Shown one piece after another: positions 37,486 through 47,835 of a DNA stretch of 64,000 nt; the stretch's first letter is position 1, and every line of letters begins with the position of its first letter. This DNA is from Candidatus Aenigmatarchaeota archaeon. GTDB taxonomy: Archaea; Aenigmatarchaeota; Aenigmatarchaeia; PWEA01; JACQIF01. The notes below the pieces were generated by a model. That model searched no databases and was not told the origin of the DNA. It saw only the letters and a list, made by a program, of their open reading frames with translations. The translations under genes and the position numbers were made by a program. The stretch is from positions 640,001 to 704,000 of the forward strand of contig CP066684.1 in NCBI GenBank assembly GCA_016432325.1. Reading direction: 5' to 3'.

Positions 37486-37842
37486 ATGATGACATCCTGC
37501 GAAGTGGTCGTTCATTACGTCTTCCCTACCGTGCGTGCGCTTATCGCGCGGGAACTGATAGAGACGCACGGCCTGACGCAGCAGGAGGCCGCGAAGCGCA
37601 TGGGCCTCACGCAACCCGCGATCTCCCAATACAACAAGCAACTGCGAGGCTCCAGAGTAGCCGCGATAAAGAAGAACGACGAAGTGATGTCGAAGATAAC
37701 TGAAATCGCCTCTTTGCTGGCCAAGGGCGAGCTGGACGCAGAGCACGCGACGACGCGCTTCTGCGAAATCTGCGAAGAGGCGAAGAAGGGAGATTTTCTC
37801 GACAGCCTGGACGCCGACGTGAAGTACGCCCAGTGCGCCTAA
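37486..37842 (+). CDS. HTH transcriptional regulator (COG2522-like)
   Basis: CE......P.VR..IA.EL....G.TQ..AA...G.TQPAISQY....RG...C..C. Confidence 0.88.
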   Translation: MMTSCEVVVHYVFPTVRALIARELIETHGLTQQEAAKRMGLTQPAISQYNKQLRGSRVAAIKKNDEVMSKITEIASLLAKGELDAEHATTRFCEICEEAKKGDFLDSLDADVKYAQCA

Positions 37843-38747
37843 CCGTCAATCTTCAAACCAAACCGTTCGCGCCTTCTCAGGACGGGCACGGCCGCCAGTC
37901 CGGCAATATGCACGAGCAGCAGCGAACGCAGCGACTCAAGCGTGCCGAACACGACCAGCGGCGTCGCGTAGAGATACGTCGTTATGAGCCGTTCCAACGA
38001 ATCCGTGAGTCGCGGCTGCTCTGCCGTCGTCTCTTTCAGCAAGGCGCGATAGTCCGTGAGGAACTGCTGTTTTTGTTCGTCTGAAAGCGCGTCATAACGC
38101 TCGCGGACGCTCGGAGCCATCAGCGCGACGACCTGTTCGTCTGTCAGGTCCTCGGAGAAGACGCTCTGCGAGCCCTTCTGAATCTCCGCCGACGCAAGCG
38201 CTTCGTAGTCGTCGATGTTCGCCGCCACCATCGCGAGCGACGCGGCGGCTATGAATACGTTCAGAACGATGAGCCCGCGCCCCACCGCGTGCGAAACGCC
38301 CTTGTAGTTTTTCCACTTGGTTTCTTTTCTGTACGCGTCGACCACGGAGCCGTGAACGAAATAAGCGGACGCCGCGGCGCCGGCGGCGACAATTATTGTT
38401 TCGTAGCTTAGACCGACGAGCGCAACGCCAACCAACGAACCGACGGCTACCGCGGCCATCCCCGTGGTCCTGTCGGTCGGAGCGATGAGCCCGTAGACGG
38501 CCACAGCGGCGAGCGCGAGGGAAAGGAAGACGAACGGGACAGCCATCACGAGAAGCATCGATATGGCGCTGACAGCGAGCGCAGGCAAGCTAGGCCCTGT
38601 CGATGAAAGCAGGCCTCCCTGAAGGGATATCGGAACTATCGCGGCCGCCTTTGTCGAAACCGAGAGGAATTTGAAGAGCCAGAACGCAACCGTTGTGAGA
38701 AGGGCTGCAAGGACTGCGACAGAGATGCGTTCCTGTTTCATCGTCAC
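37839..38747 (-). CDS. multi-pass membrane protein
   Basis: About six hydrophobic helices; coupled to the upstream surface protein. Confidence 0.7.
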   Translation of the reverse strand: MTMKQERISVAVLAALLTTVAFWLFKFLSVSTKAAAIVPISLQGGLLSSTGPSLPALAVSAISMLLVMAVPFVFLSLALAAVAVYGLIAPTDRTTGMAAVAVGSLVGVALVGLSYETIIVAAGAAASAYFVHGSVVDAYRKETKWKNYKGVSHAVGRGLIVLNVFIAAASLAMVAANIDDYEALASAEIQKGSQSVFSEDLTDEQVVALMAPSVRERYDALSDEQKQQFLTDYRALLKETTAEQPRLTDSLERLITTYLYATPLVVFGTLESLRSLLLVHIAGLAAVPVLRRRERFGLKIDG

Positions 38748-41700
38748 GCCTGTCCACCCTGGGGAACGTTGAATGTCACGCCTGTCTTCTTCTTGGGCAG
38801 CTTCTGCTTTATCTTTTCGACGAGCGCCTTGAGTCTCTGCTTCGCGCGCTCTAAGGGCGAGCCTCCGTCAGGCGGACCGTACGTGAATCCTCCGACAGTC
38901 GTGGCCTGTTTCGCCGGCGGCAGGAACATATAGACAACGAGTCCTCCGACGGCCACGGCAACGACTATTCCCGCTATGAGCAACAGCGAAGTTCCTGAGG
39001 CAGGCACGGCCTCGGCCAGCTGCAAGTGAAGTTTGCTAAGCAATTCATCGGCTTCGGCGAGCAACGCGTTCGCCTCTATGTAATCGCCGCTTGCTATAGC
39101 CTCGCCGGCGAGTCTCATCTTCTCCTTGAGCTCGGCGAGCGTGGCGTTCGCTTCGGTGAGGTTGTAACCGCGCTTCGAGAGGTCGTTGATTCTGGTCTCA
39201 ACGGTCGTTATGTTCTGCAGCTTCGCCGCGTAGGTCGCCTCTATCTTCGCCTTGGTCTCGTTGGACGGCTGCACGGTGAGCGTCGCGGTCACGGAACCTT
39301 CGTTGTCTGCGTTCGACGCCTTGTATGTTATGGCGTGTTCTCCTATCGCGGCGTCTGCCGGTATCGCGTATGAAACCGCAAACGTCACGGTCTCGTCGGC
39401 CAGAATGTCAACACTCTCCGGATCCACGCCGAACCATGACGCGTCGACGCCTTCAACGGCCAACTCGACTCCGCTCTGCGTCGTGTCTCCGGTGTTCTTC
39501 ACGCCGATGTCCACGCTCTTGTTGCCGCCTTGAACGATTTCAACGTCTGCCGGATAGGACGCTATGTCAAGAACGTCCTCTTCTGCCGTCTCCTCTGCCG
39601 CGGCTTCGTCTGCCGTCGTGTCGCTTGACGAGTCGCTGCTACTGCTGCTGGAGCTCGACGAGGAGCTGTCCGCGTCTGTTATCGTCAGGCTTATCGACAG
39701 GTCGCCGTAATCCGCGGCCTCGCCTGTCGCGCTGATGGTGAGCGTGGCGGACGTCGAGGATGTCACGTTGTTCGGATCCAGCTTGAAGGCCAGCCTGCAT
39801 ACTTCCGTGCCGTCGGGGTCTATGCTGTTGGCCGCGGTGACGGACTCCAGGCGGAAGCCGTTGCCCACCTTGGTGCCGTCTGTGCACGCCGTGCTGTTCT
39901 CGGCGTCCGGAGTTATCACGAGGTTTGAGTTCGTGCTGATATTGATGAACCCGCCGGGAGCAAAGGTTCCTAAGTTGCGGACCGAGAAGTTGAAGTAGGC
40001 GACGCTGTTGTCCGCGACCGTCACGGACGTGGAGTCTATGGCGACGAAGTAGAGGCCTGAATTGTTCACCCGGATAGTCGAGTTGGTACCGTTGCCTTTC
40101 AGAGTCGTGCCGAGACGGACGTCTGACGCGCCTACGAACACGCTATAGTAGCCTCCTGGTCTCGCCGAGTCCGGAGGCAGCGTGGCGTTGAACTCGTAGC
40201 GCCCGTTCTGGAGCAGGGGCACGTCATCGGTGGACGTTATGCTCTCGTTGGTGACGTTGAGCGTACCTGAGCTGGGGTAGCGGGTCGACGTGTTGCCCTC
40301 GAAGATGTAGACCGTGAAGTTGCCCGTGGCGTTTATCATGTCTGTTATCTCGGTGCCGTTTTTGTAGAAGACCTCGGCCGCCACCGTTATGTTGTTTGTC
40401 TGCGTGACGTTCTCGATTTCGTTGTTGCCCACGTGCAGCGCGTCCCTCACGCGCACGTCTATCTCGCTGGTGAGGTTGACGCGCACCGTCAGGTTGAATG
40501 TCTGGTAGGGGCGCGCTCCGGTGTCGTTTAGCGTTACCCATCCGACGTAGAGGCCCTCGGTGTTGAGGGTTTCGAGTGTGTCGGCCGTTATTGTAAGGTT
40601 GAGGTTGCTGCCCGTGTTTGCGGACAACGTACCTGTCGGGTCTGTTGTAGAGAAGTCAAGGAACTTCGACGAGTTGCTGGTCAGGTTCAGGCCGGTCGAA
40701 TTGGCGCGGGCGTCGAACGTCAGGTCTGCGTTGCCAGTGTTGTTCACGGATATGTTCAGCAGTATGGAGCCTAGGCCTGTCCTGTTGACTCCGATGTTGT
40801 CCGTGATTGTAATCGTGGAGCGGTTGTACGTGCTGTTCACCATCAGCTCCGCAGTCACGACCGTGGAGTTGAGCGGTATGTCGTGTATGGCGCCGGACAA
40901 CGACGTGTAGCGCAGCCTTCCCCCGACCTCGCCGCTCAGAGTGTCGTTCTGCGCCGTCAGGTTTATCTGGTGGGTTCCGTAGTTATTGGTCAGGCCTGTC
41001 TGGTTGAACGTGCGCGTCGTGTAGTTTGACATTATCCACGCCGAGGCGTTAATGAAAAGTTTTGCCGTGACGTTGTAGAGAACGGGGCCTGCCGTATTGT
41101 TCGCGACCTCCACTGTCCACGTGCCGTCGTCGTCAAAGCCTATCGTTGCGCCGGACGGCGTAAAGGTAACGAACTCCTCTGAAACGGAGCCGGTCTTGTT
41201 CGACAGGTGGGATTTGTTGGAAGACGTTCCGACGAGCGTGCCGTCGGGTTTGATGAGTCTCAGCGTGTAGTTGACGCCTCCCGTCCAGTTGAGGCGCGCG
41301 TCAATCTTGGTTACGAAATCGGGGACGCGCAGCGTGAAGTTCTGCGCCCCTGTGGGCGCGTTGCTGGAGAAGCGCTGCATGAGGTACAGCTCGCTGGCCT
41401 CCGTGACGTTTGTCTGGTTGATGGAGCCCGTGTTGGTGAGCACGATGTTTACGGTATGCCTTTCGGACGGCGCAAGACCGGTGAAGTTTATCCTGTTGAG
41501 CGTGGCGGACGTGGAAGCGTTGGTCGCATTGAGCGTGCCGTATATGAGAAATCCTCCGGGTCCCTGATAGTCAATCTGGCTGGTCGTGTTGTTGCCATAG
41601 ACGCGCACGTTGAACATCCTGGCGGCCTGAGGGTACATGAACGTCAGTGTCTCTGAAAGGTTGCGGCCTGAGGAGCCGGTGAGAAACACGTTGTTCTCAT

Positions 41701-42430
41701 CGAAAAGGAAAAGGTCGACGTCGTTGGTGTGGCCGGCCCATGTAATATTGACGGTCACGGACGTGGCGTTGACGATGGCGCTCGTGTTGAAGTAGTACCT
41801 GTGGTCCTCGCTCTCGTTGATGTCGAGCTTGCCGCGGAACTGGCCCACGCCGTTCGTCGCTCCTGACGTGCTGAGGCTGTTGTTGGCGTCGATAGGAATG
41901 TCCATAATCACCGTTATGTTCGCGTAGTGCGTCGCGTTGGTGGAGTTCGTGACGTTGAGCAGGCCGTAGTACCGCCCCGGAGGACATGCCCTTGCGGCCG
42001 AGAAGAGGACCGTCAGGTTCTCGTTGGCTGTCGTGAGGGGGATCGTTATGTTCGTGCGCACGTCTGTGCCGTTCTTGACGAAGAGGGGCGTCTGGGCGCC
42101 TGTGCTGCCGCAGCTGGCGGAGCCGTAGCCCGACGTGCCCGTGGCCCAGTCGTTCTCTGTGCCCGGCTGCGTGTAGTTTCTCAGAACCGTGTGCGTGTTG
42201 TTTATCACGGCCGCTATAAGCGCTGGTATGGCCGTATCGTTGCGCCATATCGTGATGTTGGCTTCGTATTGCCTGCCTGTGTCGGCCGTTGTCCAGTTGA
42301 GGCGTATCGTGTCCTGCGTGACGTTGAACTGAGCCGGAACCGGGAGGCTGTACACAACGGCTTCGGCGACAGAGGCCGCAAGCAGGCCAGCAAGTATTAC
42401 AGCGGCGACCAAAGCCAGTTTACGGTCCAT
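38744..42430 (-). CDS. large cell-surface glycoprotein
   Basis: Signal peptide, dozens of N-x-S/T sequons, beta-rich repeats, poly-Ser linker, coiled coil, C-terminal TM. Confidence 0.85.
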   Translation of the reverse strand: MDRKLALVAAVILAGLLAASVAEAVVYSLPVPAQFNVTQDTIRLNWTTADTGRQYEANITIWRNDTAIPALIAAVINNTHTVLRNYTQPGTENDWATGTSGYGSASCGSTGAQTPLFVKNGTDVRTNITIPLTTANENLTVLFSAARACPPGRYYGLLNVTNSTNATHYANITVIMDIPIDANNSLSTSGATNGVGQFRGKLDINESEDHRYYFNTSAIVNATSVTVNITWAGHTNDVDLFLFDENNVFLTGSSGRNLSETLTFMYPQAARMFNVRVYGNNTTSQIDYQGPGGFLIYGTLNATNASTSATLNRINFTGLAPSERHTVNIVLTNTGSINQTNVTEASELYLMQRFSSNAPTGAQNFTLRVPDFVTKIDARLNWTGGVNYTLRLIKPDGTLVGTSSNKSHLSNKTGSVSEEFVTFTPSGATIGFDDDGTWTVEVANNTAGPVLYNVTAKLFINASAWIMSNYTTRTFNQTGLTNNYGTHQINLTAQNDTLSGEVGGRLRYTSLSGAIHDIPLNSTVVTAELMVNSTYNRSTITITDNIGVNRTGLGSILLNISVNNTGNADLTFDARANSTGLNLTSNSSKFLDFSTTDPTGTLSANTGSNLNLTITADTLETLNTEGLYVGWVTLNDTGARPYQTFNLTVRVNLTSEIDVRVRDALHVGNNEIENVTQTNNITVAAEVFYKNGTEITDMINATGNFTVYIFEGNTSTRYPSSGTLNVTNESITSTDDVPLLQNGRYEFNATLPPDSARPGGYYSVFVGASDVRLGTTLKGNGTNSTIRVNNSGLYFVAIDSTSVTVADNSVAYFNFSVRNLGTFAPGGFINISTNSNLVITPDAENSTACTDGTKVGNGFRLESVTAANSIDPDGTEVCRLAFKLDPNNVTSSTSATLTISATGEAADYGDLSISLTITDADSSSSSSSSSSSDSSSDTTADEAAAEETAEEDVLDIASYPADVEIVQGGNKSVDIGVKNTGDTTQSGVELAVEGVDASWFGVDPESVDILADETVTFAVSYAIPADAAIGEHAITYKASNADNEGSVTATLTVQPSNETKAKIEATYAAKLQNITTVETRINDLSKRGYNLTEANATLAELKEKMRLAGEAIASGDYIEANALLAEADELLSKLHLQLAEAVPASGTSLLLIAGIVVAVAVGGLVVYMFLPPAKQATTVGGFTYGPPDGGSPLERAKQRLKALVEKIKQKLPKKKTGVTFNVPQGGQA

Positions 42431-42510
42431 CCAAGCCCCTCACGTGCCTGATACTTGGACGCGCCATATAAATCTTCGGAGCTGAGGAGGCGCGCTGTCA
42501 TTAAAGGCTT

Positions 42511-43008
42511 TCAGCATATATTCTGGCCCTTTTCCTCCAGAACGGCCTTGCTTATCATGAACGGAACGTCCGCGCGCAGCGCAATCGCCAGCGCGTCGCT
42601 GGGCCTCGAATCCAGACGAAGCACAGTGTCTCCGGAACGCAGGACGAGTTCCGCGTAGTATATGTCATTCCCGAACCTCGTCATCGCCGCCTCTTCGACG
42701 GTGATGTTGAAGCTGCTCAGCGTCTCCGCGTAGAGGTCGTGTGTGGTCGGCCTCAGTTCAACGGTCTTCTCCTTGCCCAGCCTTATCGAACGGGCCTGGT
42801 CCGGCGTCGTGTCGGCCACGATGGCCGTGCAGTCGCGGCCGATTATGAGCGTCGTTCCCTGTATATCGATGACGTTCGCCTCGACGAACTCCGGTCCTCC
42901 GAAGAGTCCTGCATATTCTGCGGCGGCTGTGGCGGCCAGAAGGAGCAGCGTAAGTATCAGGAGTTTTACGACAAAGGGCATCTGCCTGCGCGGGGCGCGG
43001 TGCTTCAT
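42511..43008 (-). CDS. bifunctional nuclease (DUF151) family protein with N-terminal TM
   Basis: RP.THDL and D.RPSDA.AIALR. Confidence 0.85.
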   Translation of the reverse strand: MKHRAPRRQMPFVVKLLILTLLLLAATAAAEYAGLFGGPEFVEANVIDIQGTTLIIGRDCTAIVADTTPDQARSIRLGKEKTVELRPTTHDLYAETLSSFNITVEEAAMTRFGNDIYYAELVLRSGDTVLRLDSRPSDALAIALRADVPFMISKAVLEEKGQNIC

Positions 43009-43041
43009 ACGGCCGATTGTTCCGGCCGGTATAAAAAGGAT

Positions 43042-43136
43042 GTTGGCGCCCCCGGTGATGCACACTTTTTAAGAAAAAGTGTGGGCAAAAAACGACGTCC
43101 GTGCGACCTAAGATATAGAGGTTGGCGCCCCCGGTG
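43042..43136. repeat. 16-bp direct repeat of the tRNA-Arg 3' end flanking a type-A hairpin element (43061-43093)
   Basis: GTTGGCGCCCCCGGTG at 43042-43057 and 43121-43136. Confidence 0.85.
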
Positions 43137-43232
43137 GGATTCGAACCCACGACCCCTTGCTTAGGAGGCTTGCACGCCTTGAACCGAGATCCAAAAACAA
43201 AGTGCTCTGAATCCAAACTGAGCTACGAGGGC
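43123..43232 (-). tRNA. tRNA-Arg(CCU) with one intron at 29/30 (43170-43199); CCA encoded
   Basis: GCCCTCG/CGGGGGC acceptor; BHB GCAC-TT|T..GTGC-AA|G restores CTTGC CT CCT AA GCAAG. Confidence 0.92.
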
Positions 43233-43285
43233 ACTGTCCGAATTAACGAGAAGGTTTATTTAACTCTTCCTTCCGGGATATTCGC

Positions 43286-43648
43286 ATGCAAACCCTCGAT
43301 GGCGACGCCCTGAAACAGGACGACGCTATGAGGCTCAGCGGCGACGTGGAACTCAGGTTCGTCCATTACAACGAGCTGCAAGGCCTGCGGGATTTCAACG
43401 GGCGGCTGAGGGAGCTTTCGCTGCGCATGTATTTCCCCGTCTTCAAGAAGTCGGGCGACGGCCGCACATTCTTCGACCCGGCGCTGGTCAAGCCCGATGG
43501 CCTGACAGGGGAAGATTTCAGCTACTACGAAAGCGGGCGCCTGCGCGCGACGTGGCATGAGTGCGACGACTCCGAGGGAATGGGCGGTTGGGTCTCGTTC
43601 TACCTGAGCGCCGAAGAGGTCAGGACGCTTGCAAAGGAAGCGGCCTAG
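43286..43648 (+). CDS. hypothetical protein
   Basis: ORF after TTTATTTAA. Confidence 0.6.
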   Translation: MQTLDGDALKQDDAMRLSGDVELRFVHYNELQGLRDFNGRLRELSLRMYFPVFKKSGDGRTFFDPALVKPDGLTGEDFSYYESGRLRATWHECDDSEGMGGWVSFYLSAEEVRTLAKEAA

Positions 43649-45462
43649 ACGAAGACCTTTACCTCTTTACTCGTCGCCAACGCGTTCACCAGCTTCTTGC
43701 CGAGGTCCGAGTCCTTGGACAGGCGTATCTGCGACGTCTTCCCAACGGTCGCCGTGAACAGGTACTCGTCGGCGATGTACGTATTCGCGTTCTTGCCGCG
43801 CATCTTGTCCTCGAAGAAGAGCACGATGTACGCGCCCGTTTCATCGACCTCGAACGGCACCTGCTTGCCCAGCGTTTCGACCTTGGGCTGCACGTCTATG
43901 GAAACGCCGAGCTTGCGTTCTATCTCCGAGATGTTCTTGCCGGCTTTCCCGATGAGGCGTGGAATCATCTCGTTCTTCACCTTCACAACTACGCGCGTGT
44001 CGCTGATGAACTCCACCTTCATTCCGGGATCGAATTCGCGCAGCGCGTCGCGTATGCGTTCCGCGGCCAGCTTCTTCAGGGGGTCGTCGCGCTCTTCTGT
44101 CACGGGGATAACGACGTTCTCCTCGCCGAAGGTGTAGATTTCGTACTCAAGGTTCGCGGTCTCGAAGTCGCGTATCTCCACGACAGGACGGGCCAGGTCC
44201 TGCTCCGTCATTCCGGTGGGAACGCGGACCTTCATGTCTATCGAATAGACCTTGGCGACGGTCCCGTCCTTGACGTACACGATGGTGTCGAGGATGTGCG
44301 GTATCATGCCGAGCTCCGTCCGTCCGATGAAGCGCTGTATGGCGTCCACGGGCTTCGTCGCGTGCACGACTCCGACCATGCCGACTCCCGCGAGGCGCAT
44401 GTCCGCAAATACGCGGAAGTCCGCCGTCTTGCGAATCTCGTCGTATATCGTGTAGTCCGGTCGCACCAACAGCAGGATGTCCGCGGTGTTCGCCATGTTG
44501 CCGTTCAGGGGACCGTACTGCGTCACCTCCGCAGGGACGCGCAGGTCCCGCGGAGACTCCATGGTCTTGATTATCTTGTCCTGTTTCAGGTAGAACTCCG
44601 CGAGGCTTTGGACAAACGTGGACTTGCCGGAGCCGGGCGGCCCCGATATGAGGATTCCTTCCGCGTGTTCGCGCAGGCGCGCTATCAGTTTTTCAGTCGG
44701 CTTGTAGTCCTCAAGCGTCAGCTTCACGAGCGGCCGTACGACCGTAATCTCGTAGTCGCGGGAGAACGGCGGTTTCGTGATCGCGATGCGGTACTCTCCT
44801 ATCTGTATCACTTCGGCGCCGGTCATCGTTATCTCGAACTGGGCGTCGTCGCGGTGGCGCGCCACGTAGACGATGTTCTCGGCCATCTGCTCGAGTTCCG
44901 CGCGCGTGAGCGCGTCGCGGCGCAGTTTCACAAGCGTCACGTGACCGGGTTTGCCGTGCTTGGCCTGCGGAACGGCCCCTTCCTTCAGGTGCAGGGACAT
45001 CGTCTCCTTATCCAGGAGATCCTCGAAAAGAAGCTTGTACTTCTCCTCTGTCGGCGCCACGTAAAAGACGTTGAGGCCATCGGCCTGCGCGACTTCGGAC
45101 TGCACGAGATCCGCGGTATAAAGCGTCGCGTTGAACTCCTTGGCCGCGTCGCGTATGAGCGCGTCTATGCGGCCCTTCTTCGCTAGCTTTATCTCCTCGG
45201 CCGTCGGGCGGCGTCCGGTCGTCGTTATCTTCAGGCCTTTCGCGTCCGCCAGTTCGCGGAGCTTCTTTATCTCCCTGAGGCCGTCGAAACCTATTTCCAA
45301 GCCGCGGTTGGCCTGCGACTGAAGTTCGTCCAGAACCATCTCCGGAATCACGATTTCAACGTCGCGGAGGTCTCCTGCGTCTATCATCTCGGACAGCTTG
45401 CCGTCTATTATTATGCTCGTGTCCGGGACGATACGTTTGACTGATTCGTTGTTCTCTTTCAT
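43645..45462 (-). CDS. PIN-domain / VirB11-like ATPase with KH domain (PINA)
   Basis: VPDTS PIN motif; GPPGSGKST, ESPRDL, RPDY.IYDE; KH LIGK.G. Confidence 0.93.
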   Translation of the reverse strand: MKENNESVKRIVPDTSIIIDGKLSEMIDAGDLRDVEIVIPEMVLDELQSQANRGLEIGFDGLREIKKLRELADAKGLKITTTGRRPTAEEIKLAKKGRIDALIRDAAKEFNATLYTADLVQSEVAQADGLNVFYVAPTEEKYKLLFEDLLDKETMSLHLKEGAVPQAKHGKPGHVTLVKLRRDALTRAELEQMAENIVYVARHRDDAQFEITMTGAEVIQIGEYRIAITKPPFSRDYEITVVRPLVKLTLEDYKPTEKLIARLREHAEGILISGPPGSGKSTFVQSLAEFYLKQDKIIKTMESPRDLRVPAEVTQYGPLNGNMANTADILLLVRPDYTIYDEIRKTADFRVFADMRLAGVGMVGVVHATKPVDAIQRFIGRTELGMIPHILDTIVYVKDGTVAKVYSIDMKVRVPTGMTEQDLARPVVEIRDFETANLEYEIYTFGEENVVIPVTEERDDPLKKLAAERIRDALREFDPGMKVEFISDTRVVVKVKNEMIPRLIGKAGKNISEIERKLGVSIDVQPKVETLGKQVPFEVDETGAYIVLFFEDKMRGKNANTYIADEYLFTATVGKTSQIRLSKDSDLGKKLVNALATSKEVKVFV

Positions 45463-45525
45463 TTGTTTTCACCTTTTTGTTTTTCTTCGCAGCCGCCCGC
45501 AGGCGGATGTAAGAGTATGATGCGA

Positions 45526-46797
45526 CTACGCGAGGTCCCGTGCTGTCATGACGTTCATCGTTCTCGGTATGCGCACGCGTTTCTCGAGCTTCATTCCTAT
45601 GACGTTCCTGACGTTCTGGGCCTTGGCGAAGTTGATTAGTTTCTGGTCTACTGTCCCGTCCAGAACGACCGTGTGCGTGCCGTCGACCTCGCGCATGGCG
45701 TTGAAGACCTCCTTGGTCGGAATCTTACCGAGCACGTCCAGCCTCGCGTCCAAAAGATACGCCGCCCGAGTGCCTGTGAGGCCGTCGAGCACGTCCTTGA
45801 GACGGGCGACGTTCTCTTCTGTCATGCCGGCGGGTCTGCGCTTCGGCCGCTGGGCCTCTTCTTCAGCAGACTCCTCCTTAGACTCGGGTTCGCGTTCGGC
45901 GCGCAACGGCGTCTTCTCTTCCGTATAGTTGCCGCGCGTGCGATCCTCGAACGGTTTTTCAAGGTCGCGGCGCGCCGTTTCTATGGTTACGCGTTCGCGC
46001 AGCGACTTGTAAATCTCCTTCTTCGTCAGCTCTTCGACCTCCTTGCCGTATGGGGCGCGCGCCACGAATTCCAGTTCGACGCCCTTTTGGACCATCTCCC
46101 TGAGTATCAGGTCGCCTCCCCGGTCTCCGTCCAAAAACGCCGTCACGGACTTTCTTTTGGAAAGTTCGACGACCGCGTCAGGAACGGACGTGCCTTCCAC
46201 GGCTATCGTGTTCTTTATTCCGTTTCGCAGCAGTTTGAGCACGTCTGCGCGCCCCTCGCAGACCACGATTTCTTCAGAGACTTCGAGGTCTGGGCCGCAT
46301 GGAAGGCCTTTGTAAGACATCACTTCCGACGTGCGAACGGCGCCGACTACTTCTTCCATCATCTCGGTGCGCTCGGGCATCTTGTCTTCGAGCTGCGAAA
46401 GCAAGTCCTTGGCGCGCTCGACGAGATACTTCCGCTTGTTGGAACGGACGTCTTCAACTTTGTCTACGGTTATCTTGGTCTCGCACGGGCCGATGCGTTC
46501 AATCGTTTCGAGCGTGGCCGCTATCAGGGCAGTTTCGCTCGCGTCGAGCGAGGACGGGATTTCAATCATTCCCTCGCTCTTGCCGCCCTCGCTCTTGAGG
46601 GAGACCTCTATCCTGCCGATTCGCCCTGTGCGCTGCAGTTCGCGCAGATCCATGTCCGCGCCGAGGAGTCCCTCGGTCTGTCCGAAGACGGCTCCTATCA
46701 CGTCGGGCTTGTCTATGACGCCGCTTGCTGTGAAGCGGGCTACTATCGTATACTTTGATGTTGCTTGTGCCAGTTTGGCCATTGCTATTACCTCCAT
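45526..46797 (-). CDS. dnaG: archaeal DnaG
   Basis: DVIGA.FGQTEGLLG..DLRELQ; EGRADV; FLDGDRGG. Confidence 0.96.
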   Translation of the reverse strand: MEVIAMAKLAQATSKYTIVARFTASGVIDKPDVIGAVFGQTEGLLGADMDLRELQRTGRIGRIEVSLKSEGGKSEGMIEIPSSLDASETALIAATLETIERIGPCETKITVDKVEDVRSNKRKYLVERAKDLLSQLEDKMPERTEMMEEVVGAVRTSEVMSYKGLPCGPDLEVSEEIVVCEGRADVLKLLRNGIKNTIAVEGTSVPDAVVELSKRKSVTAFLDGDRGGDLILREMVQKGVELEFVARAPYGKEVEELTKKEIYKSLRERVTIETARRDLEKPFEDRTRGNYTEEKTPLRAEREPESKEESAEEEAQRPKRRPAGMTEENVARLKDVLDGLTGTRAAYLLDARLDVLGKIPTKEVFNAMREVDGTHTVVLDGTVDQKLINFAKAQNVRNVIGMKLEKRVRIPRTMNVMTARDLA

Positions 46798-47150
46798 TGT
46801 ACCGGCCAGAACGAGAGTCGCCTATTATACACTCTATCTTTGTGTTCCCACACTGACGGTGAACATGAGACTCGTTCTCCGGTGATTTTTGATGTTTTGT
46901 TATCGCGTTTACCAACGATGACGTCTGACTTTTGTAATGGTATTTGGCCCGCCGTTAACTACGCGGCCTCACCGTTGGCCTCAGAGGCCATCTCGTCCGG
47001 TGTGATCCGACAGGCGCAAACGTTCTTTCGGTATTGGGGTATCATTCTCTCATACAGCACGTCGCGCATAGCGCAAACAGCAGGCTTCAAGAATCGATTC
47101 TCAATACCTGCTCTGATAGGGGAGGGGTAGTTATTTAAGCGTATCTGTAG

Positions 47151-47165
47151 TATAACAGTGTTATA
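47151..47165. promoter_or_regulatory. Palindromic operator TATAACAGTGTTATA upstream of dnaG
   Basis: Perfect palindrome about 12 bp upstream of a minus-strand TTAAATA box. Confidence 0.7.
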
Positions 47166-47313
47166 TTCAGGGGATATGTGTGCCTAAAAGGGTCGTATAT
47201 GGTCTATTCGCACACAATGCGCATGTTTTGAGCATCTGGCGACGAAAGAACGACGTATACGTCTTTTTGCACGCCGACCGCTGACTATCTTGGGAAGCAA
47301 ACGAAAACGCGGA

Positions 47314-47835
47314 CTATCCTTTCACCATTTTAGGCAACAAATCAAAGAAGCTCTGGACCTCGTTCTTCATCATCAGCAGCTTGCGCGAAGCCTCTGCCTT
47401 GTAGCCCTCGCGGACATCCTTGTATATCGCCTTCTCGTAGAACGTTCGAAACGCCGCCCAGACTATCGATTTTTGGATGGGCGTGTCCTGCGGGTATTCG
47501 GTCTCGACGGTGGCGCCCATCGTGATATTCACGTCTCCGACGAACTTGATGTCCCCTTTGTGCACGGGCTTGAGTTTCATGTCGATGTTTATCTTATACG
47601 TTATCCTGGTGAACTTGTCCTTGTAACGGTAGGCCTCGATGATCGATTTTATGTTCTCGCTTTCGCCGAGCTTCACGTGCTCGTAGAGCTTCTCGTCTAT
47701 GTTCGCCTCGCTGAAGACCACGCGCTCGGCCAGAATGTTCTTTATTTCGTGGTAGAGCTGCTGCGGGTTCGGCACGTTCTTTACCTTGAGATTCGGCCGG
47801 ACGTCAACGTCGTCCTCGACCTTCAGTTTTGCGAT
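47314..47835 (-). CDS. hypothetical protein; frame open to an ATC directly after the CBS gene stop
   Basis: ORF track start GTG at 47775, but 20 more sense codons lie upstream, preceded by GGAGG. Confidence 0.65.
   Translation of the reverse strand: MAKLKVEDDVDVRPNLKVKNVPNPQQLYHEIKNILAERVVFSEANIDEKLYEHVKLGESENIKSIIEAYRYKDKFTRITYKINIDMKLKPVHKGDIKFVGDVNITMGATVETEYPQDTPIQKSIVWAAFRTFYEKAIYKDVREGYKAEASRKLLMMKNEVQSFFDLLPKMVKG

Noticed and set aside
43561-45186. 541-aa antisense ORF, and similar ones at 45673-46758, 53845-54798, 56914-57879 and 60659-61744
   Set aside because: Shadow frames of strongly supported genes in GC-rich DNA
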